Below are positions 38,612 to 47,483 of a stretch of 64,000 nt of DNA, piece after piece (positions within the stretch are counted from its first letter, which is position 1; each line of letters starts with the position of its first letter). The notes under the pieces were generated by a model that saw nothing but the letters and a program-made list of their open reading frames with translations, had not been told where the DNA came from and did not search any database. The stretch spans positions 4,251 through 68,250 of the IMG/VR virus record IMGVR_UViG_3300046684_000188, one strand, 5' to 3'. Both the position numbers and the translations under genes were made by a program. This stretch comes from a virus.

Positions 38612-38618
38612 ATGTTCA

Positions 38619-38951
38619 ATGGCAGAGTCCAAAAAGAAGGTCTGGGCTGTAACTCTAGCGGGCACGGTTATCTCAAACTTTGCGACCGCAGCTCTCGCAG
38701 CTTTGGCCATGCCCGAAGTCTTCAACTTCAGCCACGAGGGCAAGGTCCACCTGGCGAAGATGCTTCTTATCCCCACCGCAACTCACGTTTTCCTCTTCCT
38801 GAAGAAGTCTCCCCTCCCCGGAGTCAGCCTCGCGGGTCTCGAGGCCGGCGACACCGCTACGGCTAAGGGAGTGGACATTCCGCAGGATGGCGGGAATATT
38901 ACGGCGGAATCGGTCGTCATCAAAAAGGCGGGGGACGCTGAGACGAAATAA
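38619..38951 (+). CDS. Putative holin (two hydrophobic segments)
   Basis: ATG at 38619 after GGGAGG. Two TM-like stretches, then FLKKSPLP. Confidence 0.5.
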   Translation: MAESKKKVWAVTLAGTVISNFATAALAALAMPEVFNFSHEGKVHLAKMLLIPTATHVFLFLKKSPLPGVSLAGLEAGDTATAKGVDIPQDGGNITAESVVIKKAGDAETK

Positions 38952-39009
38952 CGCGGGATGTATCACCGCGGGCAACTGTAGCAGCAGCAATCAATAAGGA
39001 GCCTCCACG

Positions 39010-39414
39010 ATGAACCCAGTTCGTAAACTTTCCGCCGTAGTTGTCCTAACCGCGATTTGCTTCTTTCTTCCCGGTTTCGCGTGCTCGAGCTTCGAGCGCA
39101 CTGCTTTCAACTCACTCTCCGCGTCGAAGGCAGTGGTCGATCAGGTCGGACACGACTACAACGCGCACGCCATCCCCCAAACCAGCCAGGTAAAGACGGC
39201 TATCGAGACAGCGCGCAACGCGCAGGACACCGCGGTCGACGCTTTCGCCTCCTACCATGCGCTCACGACAGCCGGCACCACCGGAAACCTACTGGTCGAC
39301 GCGCAACAGAAGCTCGTTGCTTCACTCAACTCCTTGGTCTCTCTGGCGAATGACCTTCGAACCCTCGACCCGACTGGTACGGCGAAGTTACCAGCCCCGA
39401 AGCCTGTAAGCTAA
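39010..39414 (+). CDS. Lipoprotein (possible spanin component)
   Basis: Signal II with lipobox-like GFA|C, helical body. Confidence 0.6.
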   Translation: MNPVRKLSAVVVLTAICFFLPGFACSSFERTAFNSLSASKAVVDQVGHDYNAHAIPQTSQVKTAIETARNAQDTAVDAFASYHALTTAGTTGNLLVDAQQKLVASLNSLVSLANDLRTLDPTGTAKLPAPKPVS

Positions 39415-39456
39415 CCCGCCGCACCCGGACCAAAAATCTATCTTTAGGAGCCTGAA

Positions 39457-39852
39457 ATGACAGCACAGGACGTACAAGACCTACTCGCAAAGGGAGAGCT
39501 TCTCCTCACCACCATCGCCAAGACCGTAGAGGGGGTTGACCCGGGAGTAGCCATCCCTACGGAGATTGCCCTCCAGCTCGCGCTGTACTTCGGGAAGCTG
39601 ATTTCGACCGGAGTTCAGGGTTGGGAGGCAGGAAGTGGTGTAGAGATTACACCCGAAACCATCGCCGCTCTCAAAGCTGACCGGACGCCTCTGGTCGAAC
39701 CGACGGACGATCCTGCTCCCGCAGAGGAGCCGCTGAACGTTACGCCGATGGACACGAAGACGCCTTATCCGGTAGCTTCGCCGAGCAATCCCAGCCCCAC
39801 GGACCCATCACCCGGGACCGGCAACCCTGAAGATCCGGAAGTGGTAGAGTAG
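39457..39852 (+). CDS. Hypothetical protein
   Basis: SD AGGAG, amphipathic N-terminus, Pro/acidic tail. Confidence 0.65.
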   Translation: MTAQDVQDLLAKGELLLTTIAKTVEGVDPGVAIPTEIALQLALYFGKLISTGVQGWEAGSGVEITPETIAALKADRTPLVEPTDDPAPAEEPLNVTPMDTKTPYPVASPSNPSPTDPSPGTGNPEDPEVVE

Positions 39853-39924
39853 GCGTACACACATACCCCGGCCCTCCGGCAAGCCCGGTAAAAGCGATGC
39901 AATCCTTCGGCAAGGTTGCAGAAA

Positions 39925-39956
39925 GAGGCTCTCCCTTCGGGGGGAGCTTCTTTTTT
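39925..39956 (+). terminator. Intrinsic terminator
   Basis: GAGGCTCTCCC-ttcg-GGGGGAGCTTC followed by T6. Confidence 0.85.
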
Positions 39957-39974
39957 CTGGTCTCAAATTGTGCA

Positions 39975-39989
39975 AATGGTATTCTCTCC
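39975..39989 (+). promoter_or_regulatory. Promoter motif copy (AATGGTATTCTCTCC) for the head operon
   Basis: Motif lies directly after the terminator and before the 40016 gene. Confidence 0.65.
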
Positions 39990-40015
39990 GGCGACTTGTG
40001 AGAGGACGTCTCCTA

Positions 40016-40519
40016 ATGCTACCTCCCGGAATATCATCTACGCCTCCAACCTCGACCGATCCGTCAGCGCAGCCCTCCCCCGGCGCTGATATGGCAGTAC
40101 GCCAGCTCCGCAAGGCGCTCGGATGCCCCGAGGACCAGCCCGTACCCGAGGCGAAGATGGTTCAAGCCCTTACCGGCAAGCTCGGCCCGCAGATTCAGTC
40201 GCAGGCACAGGCAGTAGGCGCAGGCGGGCAGTACAAGCCAGCCTCCCCGAACGGCGTTCCCACCACTCCGGACCCCGGCCAGGCAGGCGGGCAGGCTTCT
40301 CCTCCGAGCCCTGGCGCTCCCGATGCGGGTAACTCTCCTCCGGTCCAGCCCGGCGCGCAGACTCAAGGCGCTATGCCCGGCGCAGCCACTATCTTCGGTC
40401 GTCCTCCCGTCTCCGCTCATGGCGAGCAGGGACCAACCCAAGGCGCAGGAAACACCATGGATGAAGACGAGGACCAGTCAGCGATGACCGGCGCCCGCGG
40501 AATCTTCCGTCGGAGGTAA
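40016..40519 (+). CDS. Pro/Gln-rich hypothetical protein
   Basis: ATG at 40016 after GAGAGGA. Ends GIFRRR. Confidence 0.6.
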   Translation: MLPPGISSTPPTSTDPSAQPSPGADMAVRQLRKALGCPEDQPVPEAKMVQALTGKLGPQIQSQAQAVGAGGQYKPASPNGVPTTPDPGQAGGQASPPSPGAPDAGNSPPVQPGAQTQGAMPGAATIFGRPPVSAHGEQGPTQGAGNTMDEDEDQSAMTGARGIFRRR

Positions 40520-40524
40520 GCAAC

Positions 40525-40872
40525 TTGCCATCCCAGCAGGCTTCAGTTCGACGTCTCTTCGCGCTCACTACGGCGTTTACTCCTATCCCCGCGTCCATCT
40601 TCACCCGCATGGTGGAGCTGGCCGAGGACGGCACCGGCACCGGGAACGGGCTCGCAGTGAAGTTTCCGAATGATAATTTCACCGCGATATTCAACTATCC
40701 CCCGGACCAGCAGCCACTCATCCTCGGTGACCGCGACGCCCATGGCAACGCACGCGGCGAGATTATCGGTTGGCCGACTCAGACAGGGTTGAACGCTCGG
40801 ACAGCCGATGTAATGGTCCAGGTTGCGGCGATGAGCGGAGCAACTGTCCTTCGTGTGACGGAGCACTCCTAA
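40525..40872 (+). CDS. Hypothetical (virion-associated?) protein
   Basis: TTG after GGAGGT, beta-rich. Confidence 0.6.
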   Translation: MPSQQASVRRLFALTTAFTPIPASIFTRMVELAEDGTGTGNGLAVKFPNDNFTAIFNYPPDQQPLILGDRDAHGNARGEIIGWPTQTGLNARTADVMVQVAAMSGATVLRVTEHS

Positions 40873-40876
40873 CCCA

Positions 40877-41371
40877 GTGAAGAGCCCGCTTATAACCCGT
40901 TACGCCCATGAGGCAATCCTTCACGAGCGCGACCAACGCGAGCTTGCGCTCCATCGGGAGAATGCCGCGCTCCGGACCCTCCTGCACGAGGAGCGGGAGC
41001 GGGCTTCGAAGTTCGCTAATCAACTCGTAGAGATGGCGAAGCCTCCCCAGCCGGTACTGGTCGACCGAAAGGGACGCACGGTAGGAGGCGACGAGCCCCG
41101 GCCACTCCCGGAAACGATCGACCTGGCCGAAGTGGACCCGGACGATACCGAATCAATCATGCTCATCCTGAGAAACGAAGCTCCCGCGGGCATGGTGCGG
41201 GCGAATGGAGTACAGCTCCAACGCAGCATCGAGCGTCTTCGCCAGCAAATCAAGGAAGCCAAGATTGCGCGTAACAGCCCCGGCGTTCCCCTCGGACCTC
41301 CTCCGGGCGTGCTCTCAGCAATCGACCAAGCCATCTCTCAAGGGCAGGCAGACGCAAGAAAGGCATCGTAA
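40877..41371 (+). CDS. Hypothetical protein preceding the portal
   Basis: GTG after GGAG, coiled-coil N-terminus. Confidence 0.6.
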   Translation: MKSPLITRYAHEAILHERDQRELALHRENAALRTLLHEERERASKFANQLVEMAKPPQPVLVDRKGRTVGGDEPRPLPETIDLAEVDPDDTESIMLILRNEAPAGMVRANGVQLQRSIERLRQQIKEAKIARNSPGVPLGPPPGVLSAIDQAISQGQADARKAS

Positions 41372-41374
41372 AGC

Positions 41375-43774
41375 ATGGGCGCCTACGCCATAGATCCGAC
41401 GCAGCAGGGGCAGAGTACCCCGCCGATGCATGGCAACGAGATTGAGCCATCCGTCGACAATCCCGACCGCGGCAATCCAGACGACAAAGCGCAACAGATG
41501 GGCTTGCGTCCCGACCTCAAAGAGGCGCTGATGCAGGTTCGCACCATCTTCAAGGAGTCATTCGCCCCCAAGCGTCGCGTCTACGTCCGTCGCGCTCTCC
41601 GGGCAATCGAGTTCTTCAAGAACAACCCCTACATCCTCTTCCGCGACAACTCGCTCGACTTCGACACCCTCTCCGGGATCATTGGCGGAAACAACGGCTC
41701 GACTAACTCGATTGAGGCGTATCAGTACAACGACAACGTCTATCAAATGCTCGGCCTAGCCTTCATCGCCGCGCTGTCTCCAGACGTTCCAAAGTGCCGA
41801 TTCCAGCCAGAGGACGCCGAAGACGAGGAAGACATTCAGGTTGCCTCGAAGGCGAGCCATATCCAGGCAGACAACGAGCGGAGGAACGGCATCAAGGCGC
41901 TGCAGAAGCTCGAGCTTCTCTTCCTCTGGGCGACTGGTTCCTACTTCTGCTATACCCGTAACATCGTCTCGAGGGACCGCGCAGGCGTAACCAAGATTCC
42001 GAATATCGAGATGCAGATGCAGCAGGTTGTTCCCGACCGCTATGTCTGCCCCGGCTGTCAGGAAGTCACTCCCGTCGACGAGATGAGCCCCTTCCAGCAG
42101 CAGCTCCAGTGTCCGGAGTGCGGGATGCCACTATCCGGAGAGGACTTCTATCCCTCCTACTCGATGAACACCCCGACCGAGACCGGCTTCACCGAGAAGG
42201 CAAACTCGATGACCGCAATGAACATCTTCTGCGGGCTGAACGTCGACGCCGACCCAGACGCTATGGACCTCTTCGAGACGGGCATCCTCGACCTCGAGGG
42301 CGAAGTCAACATTGCGCAGGCTCGGTCAGCCTTCCCGGAACTGTACGACACCCTCCAAGAGGGAGAGAGCGGCGATGCCAGCTCCAGCGAGGACACGGCG
42401 AAGCGGGCGCGCCAGATTCAGACCTCTCCCTCGGGCGGGCTCGGCGTTACCACCGCGGGCGACAAGCGCGGAACCTACTCTCGTTGCTGGATTCAGCCTT
42501 GGGCGTTTGCTGTGCTCGAGAAGAAAGCGCAGGCGGAGGAGCTGCAGAAGCTCTATCCGGACGGTTGCCGTCTGGTCACCTACGCGGATACCTTCCTGCA
42601 GTGTGTTGGCGAGAGGATGCTCGACCACTGGACTTGGTGCCCGACTATCAAGGGAACCGGGCTCTACCCGTTCGGCGTGGGAGATGCGGCGCTCGATATC
42701 CAAGTCAGAATCAACGATTGCGCGAACACTGTTCACGCTTACATGGATCGCCTGGCCTACGGAACCATCTTCTACGACGTCGACAAAATCGACTGGAAGA
42801 AGATGACCCAGAAGCCACTGAACCCCGGAAACGGCACTCCGGTAAGCCGCAAGGATGACGATGGGCGCGAGATTGACCTCGAGAAACTGATTTATCAGCC
42901 TCAGTTCCATATCGACTCGAAGATTTACGAGTACGGCGCGCAGCTCGTCCAGCTCGCACAGGTGATAGCCGGCGTCCAGCCGCAGACCTTTGGAGGCTCC
43001 GATCCGAACGTACAGACCATGGGCGGGCAGGAGCAGGCACTCCGCACCGCACTCGGCCGCATGAAACTCTTCTGGGACCAGATTCGCGAGGAGCACGCCT
43101 CACGCGCGGAGCAGTCGGTACGCTGCACGATCGCCAACATGGAAGACAAGCTCAAGATTTCCAAGGTTGGGGAGGAGCCTGGGGAAATTGAGCAAATCAC
43201 CCTACTCAAGAGCGAGCTTACCGGCGACTTCCTCGCTTACGCCGAGTCGGACGAGGGATTCCCCTCGAGCTATCAGGAGATTCAGGGCAGAATCATGGAG
43301 CTGATGGGGCACATGGCAAAGAATCCTTTCTTGGCCAACGTCCTCTCGGACCCGGATACGCAGAAAGTTGTCGCTCGTTACCTCCTTCCGGAGAACATCA
43401 AGCTCCCCGGCGACCGCGAGCGCGCCCGGTTGAAGATCCTCGTAAAGGACTTGGCCAAGCAAAAGCCGACTATGTCGCAGGGACCAGACGGAGCGCCAAT
43501 GTTAGTTCCTTCGATTCCTCTCTCCGAGGACTTCGACGACTTCGATATGGCGGTCACCATCTTCCGCAACTGGCTGCAGGAGAATTGGCAATTAGAAGAC
43601 AATCCCGACACCGCGGACGGATTCGCCAATGTCCTCGCAGCTCTCAGGCAGGCAGCGATGCTCAACGCGGTCAACCAGACCAAGCAAATGTTGCTTCAGC
43701 AGCAGATGCAGGCTCAGGGTGGAGAGCCCGGAGGCGCTCCTCCTGGCCCGGGTGGACCGGCACCACCGCAGTAA
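41375..43774 (+). CDS. Portal protein with inserted Zn ribbon
   Basis: 799 aa, upstream of scaffold and capsid. Portal-like features (P...EDEEDIQVA.KA, QVRIND, Gln-rich tail). CPGC...CPEC insert. Confidence 0.75.
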   Translation: MGAYAIDPTQQGQSTPPMHGNEIEPSVDNPDRGNPDDKAQQMGLRPDLKEALMQVRTIFKESFAPKRRVYVRRALRAIEFFKNNPYILFRDNSLDFDTLSGIIGGNNGSTNSIEAYQYNDNVYQMLGLAFIAALSPDVPKCRFQPEDAEDEEDIQVASKASHIQADNERRNGIKALQKLELLFLWATGSYFCYTRNIVSRDRAGVTKIPNIEMQMQQVVPDRYVCPGCQEVTPVDEMSPFQQQLQCPECGMPLSGEDFYPSYSMNTPTETGFTEKANSMTAMNIFCGLNVDADPDAMDLFETGILDLEGEVNIAQARSAFPELYDTLQEGESGDASSSEDTAKRARQIQTSPSGGLGVTTAGDKRGTYSRCWIQPWAFAVLEKKAQAEELQKLYPDGCRLVTYADTFLQCVGERMLDHWTWCPTIKGTGLYPFGVGDAALDIQVRINDCANTVHAYMDRLAYGTIFYDVDKIDWKKMTQKPLNPGNGTPVSRKDDDGREIDLEKLIYQPQFHIDSKIYEYGAQLVQLAQVIAGVQPQTFGGSDPNVQTMGGQEQALRTALGRMKLFWDQIREEHASRAEQSVRCTIANMEDKLKISKVGEEPGEIEQITLLKSELTGDFLAYAESDEGFPSSYQEIQGRIMELMGHMAKNPFLANVLSDPDTQKVVARYLLPENIKLPGDRERARLKILVKDLAKQKPTMSQGPDGAPMLVPSIPLSEDFDDFDMAVTIFRNWLQENWQLEDNPDTADGFANVLAALRQAAMLNAVNQTKQMLLQQQMQAQGGEPGGAPPGPGGPAPPQ

Positions 43775-43783
43775 ACAAAAAAC

Positions 43784-43813
43784 TTGCGCTCTAAACGGCT
43801 AATGCTATTCTCT
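43784..43813 (+). promoter_or_regulatory. Promoter (TTGCGC-16 nt-TATTCT with extended TG) for scaffold/capsid
   Basis: AATGCTATTCTCT motif. The ATG follows 13 nt after the -10 box with no SD. Confidence 0.65.
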
Positions 43814-43824
43814 TCGCCGCCAAT

Positions 43825-45360
43825 ATGAGTGCTACCGTCACCCCCGTCGCTTCCGCCGCTCCCGCCGCCGCCGCTCCGTCCGCACCGAGCGCACCCGCCT
43901 CCACGCCTTCTACTCCCGTATCGACCCCGTCGACGCCTCCTCCTGCAGCTCCAGCCGCACCGGCTACGCCTGCAGCTCCGGATACGCGCTCGACGTTCGA
44001 GGTAATCCGCGACAAGATTTCCGAGGGTTTCGACCCTAACGGAACAGGCGGAGCCCCAGCGAAAGACGTACCGGGAGACAAAAATGTCGAAGTTCCAGCC
44101 GGAGAAACGCCCGGCCAAGAGGGTGGACAGCAGAAAGACGGAGCGAAGCCGGAAGGGGAGCAGCAGGGAGACAAAGGGGCTCAAGGCGAGGAAAGCTTCT
44201 TTGACTCCTACGACCCCACCGGAGCGATAGCTGTAGACGAATTGCGAACGGCTATCTCGGAAGATCCTGCACTCGCTGCAGCCATCGAAGCCAAGCCAGA
44301 GCTAAAAAACAAGCTCTTCGCTAACGCTCGGCTGGCGGAGCGGGCGACCCGGTACGACGAGATTATCGGCTCCCCGGACGAGGCGACGGTTGCCGTCGAG
44401 GGATACACCGCGCTCGGCAATATGTCCGACCTACTCGGGCAGATTGAAGATGGGAAGCCGCAGTCTATCGCTCCATTCATCGAGGCGATGGTAGAGCGCA
44501 GCGCACTCCGGGACGAAAACGGAGAGGTTTTGAGGCGTCAGGACGGCAGTATCGTCACGGACGGCTCAGTTGGAAAGCTCCTCAAGAACTTCTTTCTTGG
44601 GGAGATGCAGGCGGGAATTGCCGAGGCTACGGCCAAGGGCGACGATGATGCACTTGCAGCTTACGACGTGGTAATGGAGCGTAGCGGTCTGCGGCCCTCC
44701 ACCGCAAACGATGACCAGTCGGATGAGCTGAAGTCTCAGCGTGAAGCACTTGAGGCGGAGAGACGGCAACTGACAGAGCAGAGGGAGCGAGACGCAAGTG
44801 TCGCCACCCAGGCTTTCGAGCAGCGTGTAATCGAGGCGACCGACAAGGTTCTGAACGGCTCCATTGACTCAATCGTCAAGCGGGCAACAGGGCTGAGCGA
44901 CTTCGAGCGCACAACCGTAATCCGGAACATTCACAATCGCCTTGCCACTCTGGTTGGGACTAACCGGTCCTACAAGACGCAGCGAGCCACGATTGAGAGA
45001 CTCCCCCTTGGCCAGAAACGCCAAACGGAGATGACCCGGCTCAACACCCGCTTTATCAACGACCACCTTTGGACGATCGCTACGGAGGCGCTTGAAAACG
45101 CCGGCCATAGCATCACCACGAAGGCGGAGCAGCGACAGCAGAGACAAGCCGCTCGCGAAGAATCCAGCAGGGCAGAGAACAGAGGCTCACTTCCTCTTGC
45201 TCAGGGTGGGGCTCAATCCGGTCCGGATCAGCAGTTTTCGATTCCCCAGATTGAGGCAGACCTCAAAGCGCGGAACAACGGTAGGACACCGTCCGTGCAA
45301 GAGATCCTGACAGAGAAAGTGTTGCGGAAGCAACGTGCTGCTGCTGGTGGAACGCGATAG
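43825..45360 (+). CDS. Capsid scaffolding protein (putative)
   Basis: Pro/Ala-rich disordered N-terminus, helical/coiled-coil body, between portal and capsid. Confidence 0.65.
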   Translation: MSATVTPVASAAPAAAAPSAPSAPASTPSTPVSTPSTPPPAAPAAPATPAAPDTRSTFEVIRDKISEGFDPNGTGGAPAKDVPGDKNVEVPAGETPGQEGGQQKDGAKPEGEQQGDKGAQGEESFFDSYDPTGAIAVDELRTAISEDPALAAAIEAKPELKNKLFANARLAERATRYDEIIGSPDEATVAVEGYTALGNMSDLLGQIEDGKPQSIAPFIEAMVERSALRDENGEVLRRQDGSIVTDGSVGKLLKNFFLGEMQAGIAEATAKGDDDALAAYDVVMERSGLRPSTANDDQSDELKSQREALEAERRQLTEQRERDASVATQAFEQRVIEATDKVLNGSIDSIVKRATGLSDFERTTVIRNIHNRLATLVGTNRSYKTQRATIERLPLGQKRQTEMTRLNTRFINDHLWTIATEALENAGHSITTKAEQRQQRQAAREESSRAENRGSLPLAQGGAQSGPDQQFSIPQIEADLKARNNGRTPSVQEILTEKVLRKQRAAAGGTR

Positions 45361-45402
45361 CGAAACAATAGCCCCTTCTTCACAACCACAGGAGTTATTG
45401 AC

Positions 45403-46680
45403 ATGGCAGATTTGCAAGCAGGCGTAGGCGCTATCGCCGTAGCCATCGAACAGGTGTACGACGATCCGCAGCTCCTTGTTGAGCGCGATGCCGTACTGGA
45501 CAAGCTCATTGCGGACAACGGACGCGCAGAAATGGTTTCCGCGCACACCTACCGCTTGACCTTTGAGGATGCCCTTCCCGGAAACGTGTCGGCCATCTAT
45601 CTCGACAACCCCAACGTCAACTTCCCGACGGCGGGCTCTTCCGATTGGCAGCAGGGCACCATGGCCCCGGTCTCCTGGGCTGTGCCGATTGGCTGGACGA
45701 AGCTGGCCGAGCTGGCCGGTAAGCCCAACCTCACGGTTGTCAACGTTGTGGCCAAGCAGATGAGCCGCACCATCGAGCGCGTCCGTCAGATGCGCGATAT
45801 GATCCTCTGCACCGGAGACGGCACCGGAACCCTCGGCACCGTAACCGCGGTAGACGCTCCGAACCTTCTCATTACGCTCAACCCGAATGACTTCGGCGCG
45901 CGCGAAGTGGTGAAGAATCAACTCGTGGACTTCTACAACGGCACCACCCTCCTCGGTTCGGCGACGGCGCAGGCTGTCAACTCCGGCGTGGGTTCGGCGC
46001 AGACTATCAAGGTTGACGCCATCCCTGGCGGCACCGCAACCAACACCATCGTCCGCGTGAACGGTCTTACGACCGGCTCTCCGACCTTCACCTACGGTAT
46101 TCCGTACTGGATGTCGAACGCGACGACGGGTATTACGGTTGGTCTGGACCGCTCGGTAGCAACCAACAACTTCATCATCTCGAACGGGCTCAATGCCTCG
46201 TCCTCGATGGTGACGGCGCCCCTGCTCCGCATCCCCTTCGATCAGATAAAGCAGTCTCTTGGTCTCGAGGCCGTAAAGTCCTCGACGTTCAAGATTCATG
46301 TTCACCCTGCGCAGAAGGCAGCTTACGAGCAGCTCGCAGGACCGCTCTTCAACATCTTCTCTACGGACGGCAAGGCGAAGGGTTATGACCTTCTCTTCCG
46401 CGACGACCCGACGGTCAACGGCGAGATTACGGTTGAGAACATCCACGCGCACATTCAGCGTTGGGATTATCTCAACACGGAGCGTTGGGGAAAGATCAAG
46501 TGGGGCAATCCCCCGTTCTGGTTCACCTCGGAAGGTCGCAAGGTCTTCCAGCAGATTGGAACCAACGGCATGATTACCTCGGGCGCGAACAGCTACATGG
46601 TTGACACCGTGAACTACTACGTTGACAACCCGAAGGCTGGAAGCTCGATTTACAACACCAAGCAGCCCACCGGTTACTAA
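45403..46680 (+). CDS. Major capsid protein
   Basis: 425 aa after the scaffold, strong SD CAGGAG, biased codon usage, GDGTG-containing insertion, downstream hairpin. Confidence 0.75.
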   Translation: MADLQAGVGAIAVAIEQVYDDPQLLVERDAVLDKLIADNGRAEMVSAHTYRLTFEDALPGNVSAIYLDNPNVNFPTAGSSDWQQGTMAPVSWAVPIGWTKLAELAGKPNLTVVNVVAKQMSRTIERVRQMRDMILCTGDGTGTLGTVTAVDAPNLLITLNPNDFGAREVVKNQLVDFYNGTTLLGSATAQAVNSGVGSAQTIKVDAIPGGTATNTIVRVNGLTTGSPTFTYGIPYWMSNATTGITVGLDRSVATNNFIISNGLNASSSMVTAPLLRIPFDQIKQSLGLEAVKSSTFKIHVHPAQKAAYEQLAGPLFNIFSTDGKAKGYDLLFRDDPTVNGEITVENIHAHIQRWDYLNTERWGKIKWGNPPFWFTSEGRKVFQQIGTNGMITSGANSYMVDTVNYYVDNPKAGSSIYNTKQPTGY

Positions 46681-46700
46681 CCATAGCCGGAGCACTGGGG

Positions 46701-46738
46701 AGTGGGGAGAGGGTTTTGACGGGGCTCTCTCCCCTACT
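46701..46738 (+). terminator. Stem-loop after the capsid gene (terminator or stability hairpin)
   Basis: GGGGAGAG-GGTTTT-gac-GGGGCT-CTCTCCCC inverted repeat. Confidence 0.5.
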
Positions 46739-46754
46739 ACTTCCAAGGGAGCAA

Positions 46755-47471
46755 ATGAACCATCTTGACCACTACGCCGGTCCCGAGCCGTCCGGCCTCA
46801 TCAACGAAATCCTCGAGCGGAGGAGCGGTCAGTCTCCGAACGGATTTCCTATCTTCCGCGTGGTCCGCAGCGAGTTCGTCATGCACAAGACGGCGGGAGC
46901 CTGGCACGAGTGGGACGATGACCTATCCTACGAGGATCGCGGCGGGATGAAGGTCGACCGCGAGGGCGCAGTCCGAGGCAGCGACCACAAAGCCGACCGA
47001 ATCATCGTAGAGATGCGCGAGACGCCGGCTTACACCCATCTCGACGAGCAGGGATGGATTCTCGAGCAGTGGTTTCCCGCCGAGTACTTCGGCTCCCGGG
47101 AGGCTTGGGAGAACAACGTCGTCCGTGGGACCAACCTTCCAACACTCGGCCCCTACCCCGACCAGGGCGCTTATCTCTTCGTCACCGGCCCCTTCACCGA
47201 GGCGGAGCCGGATATCACCTTCCTCATCGACTTCATCTCCTTCCGGGAGACGAAGCGCGACTCCTATCCGGAGGACGTCGAGAAGTTCGTCCGTATGCGT
47301 GTCTTGGCGGAGGAGAAGCGGCAAGCCGACCGAGACGCAGCAGCCCACAAAACCAACGTTCGCCGACTGATGGACTCAACAAAGGGACTCACAAGCAACA
47401 CCCTTGAGGCTGGAAGATGGCGACAAAGGCAGTTCGAAAAAGCAGGTTTCACCTCACATCTTGGCAACTAG
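46755..47471 (+). CDS. Hypothetical head-region protein
   Basis: ATG at 46755 after AAGGGAG. Confidence 0.65.
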   Translation: MNHLDHYAGPEPSGLINEILERRSGQSPNGFPIFRVVRSEFVMHKTAGAWHEWDDDLSYEDRGGMKVDREGAVRGSDHKADRIIVEMRETPAYTHLDEQGWILEQWFPAEYFGSREAWENNVVRGTNLPTLGPYPDQGAYLFVTGPFTEAEPDITFLIDFISFRETKRDSYPEDVEKFVRMRVLAEEKRQADRDAAAHKTNVRRLMDSTKGLTSNTLEAGRWRQRQFEKAGFTSHLGN

Positions 47472-47483
47472 GAGCCCACAAAC

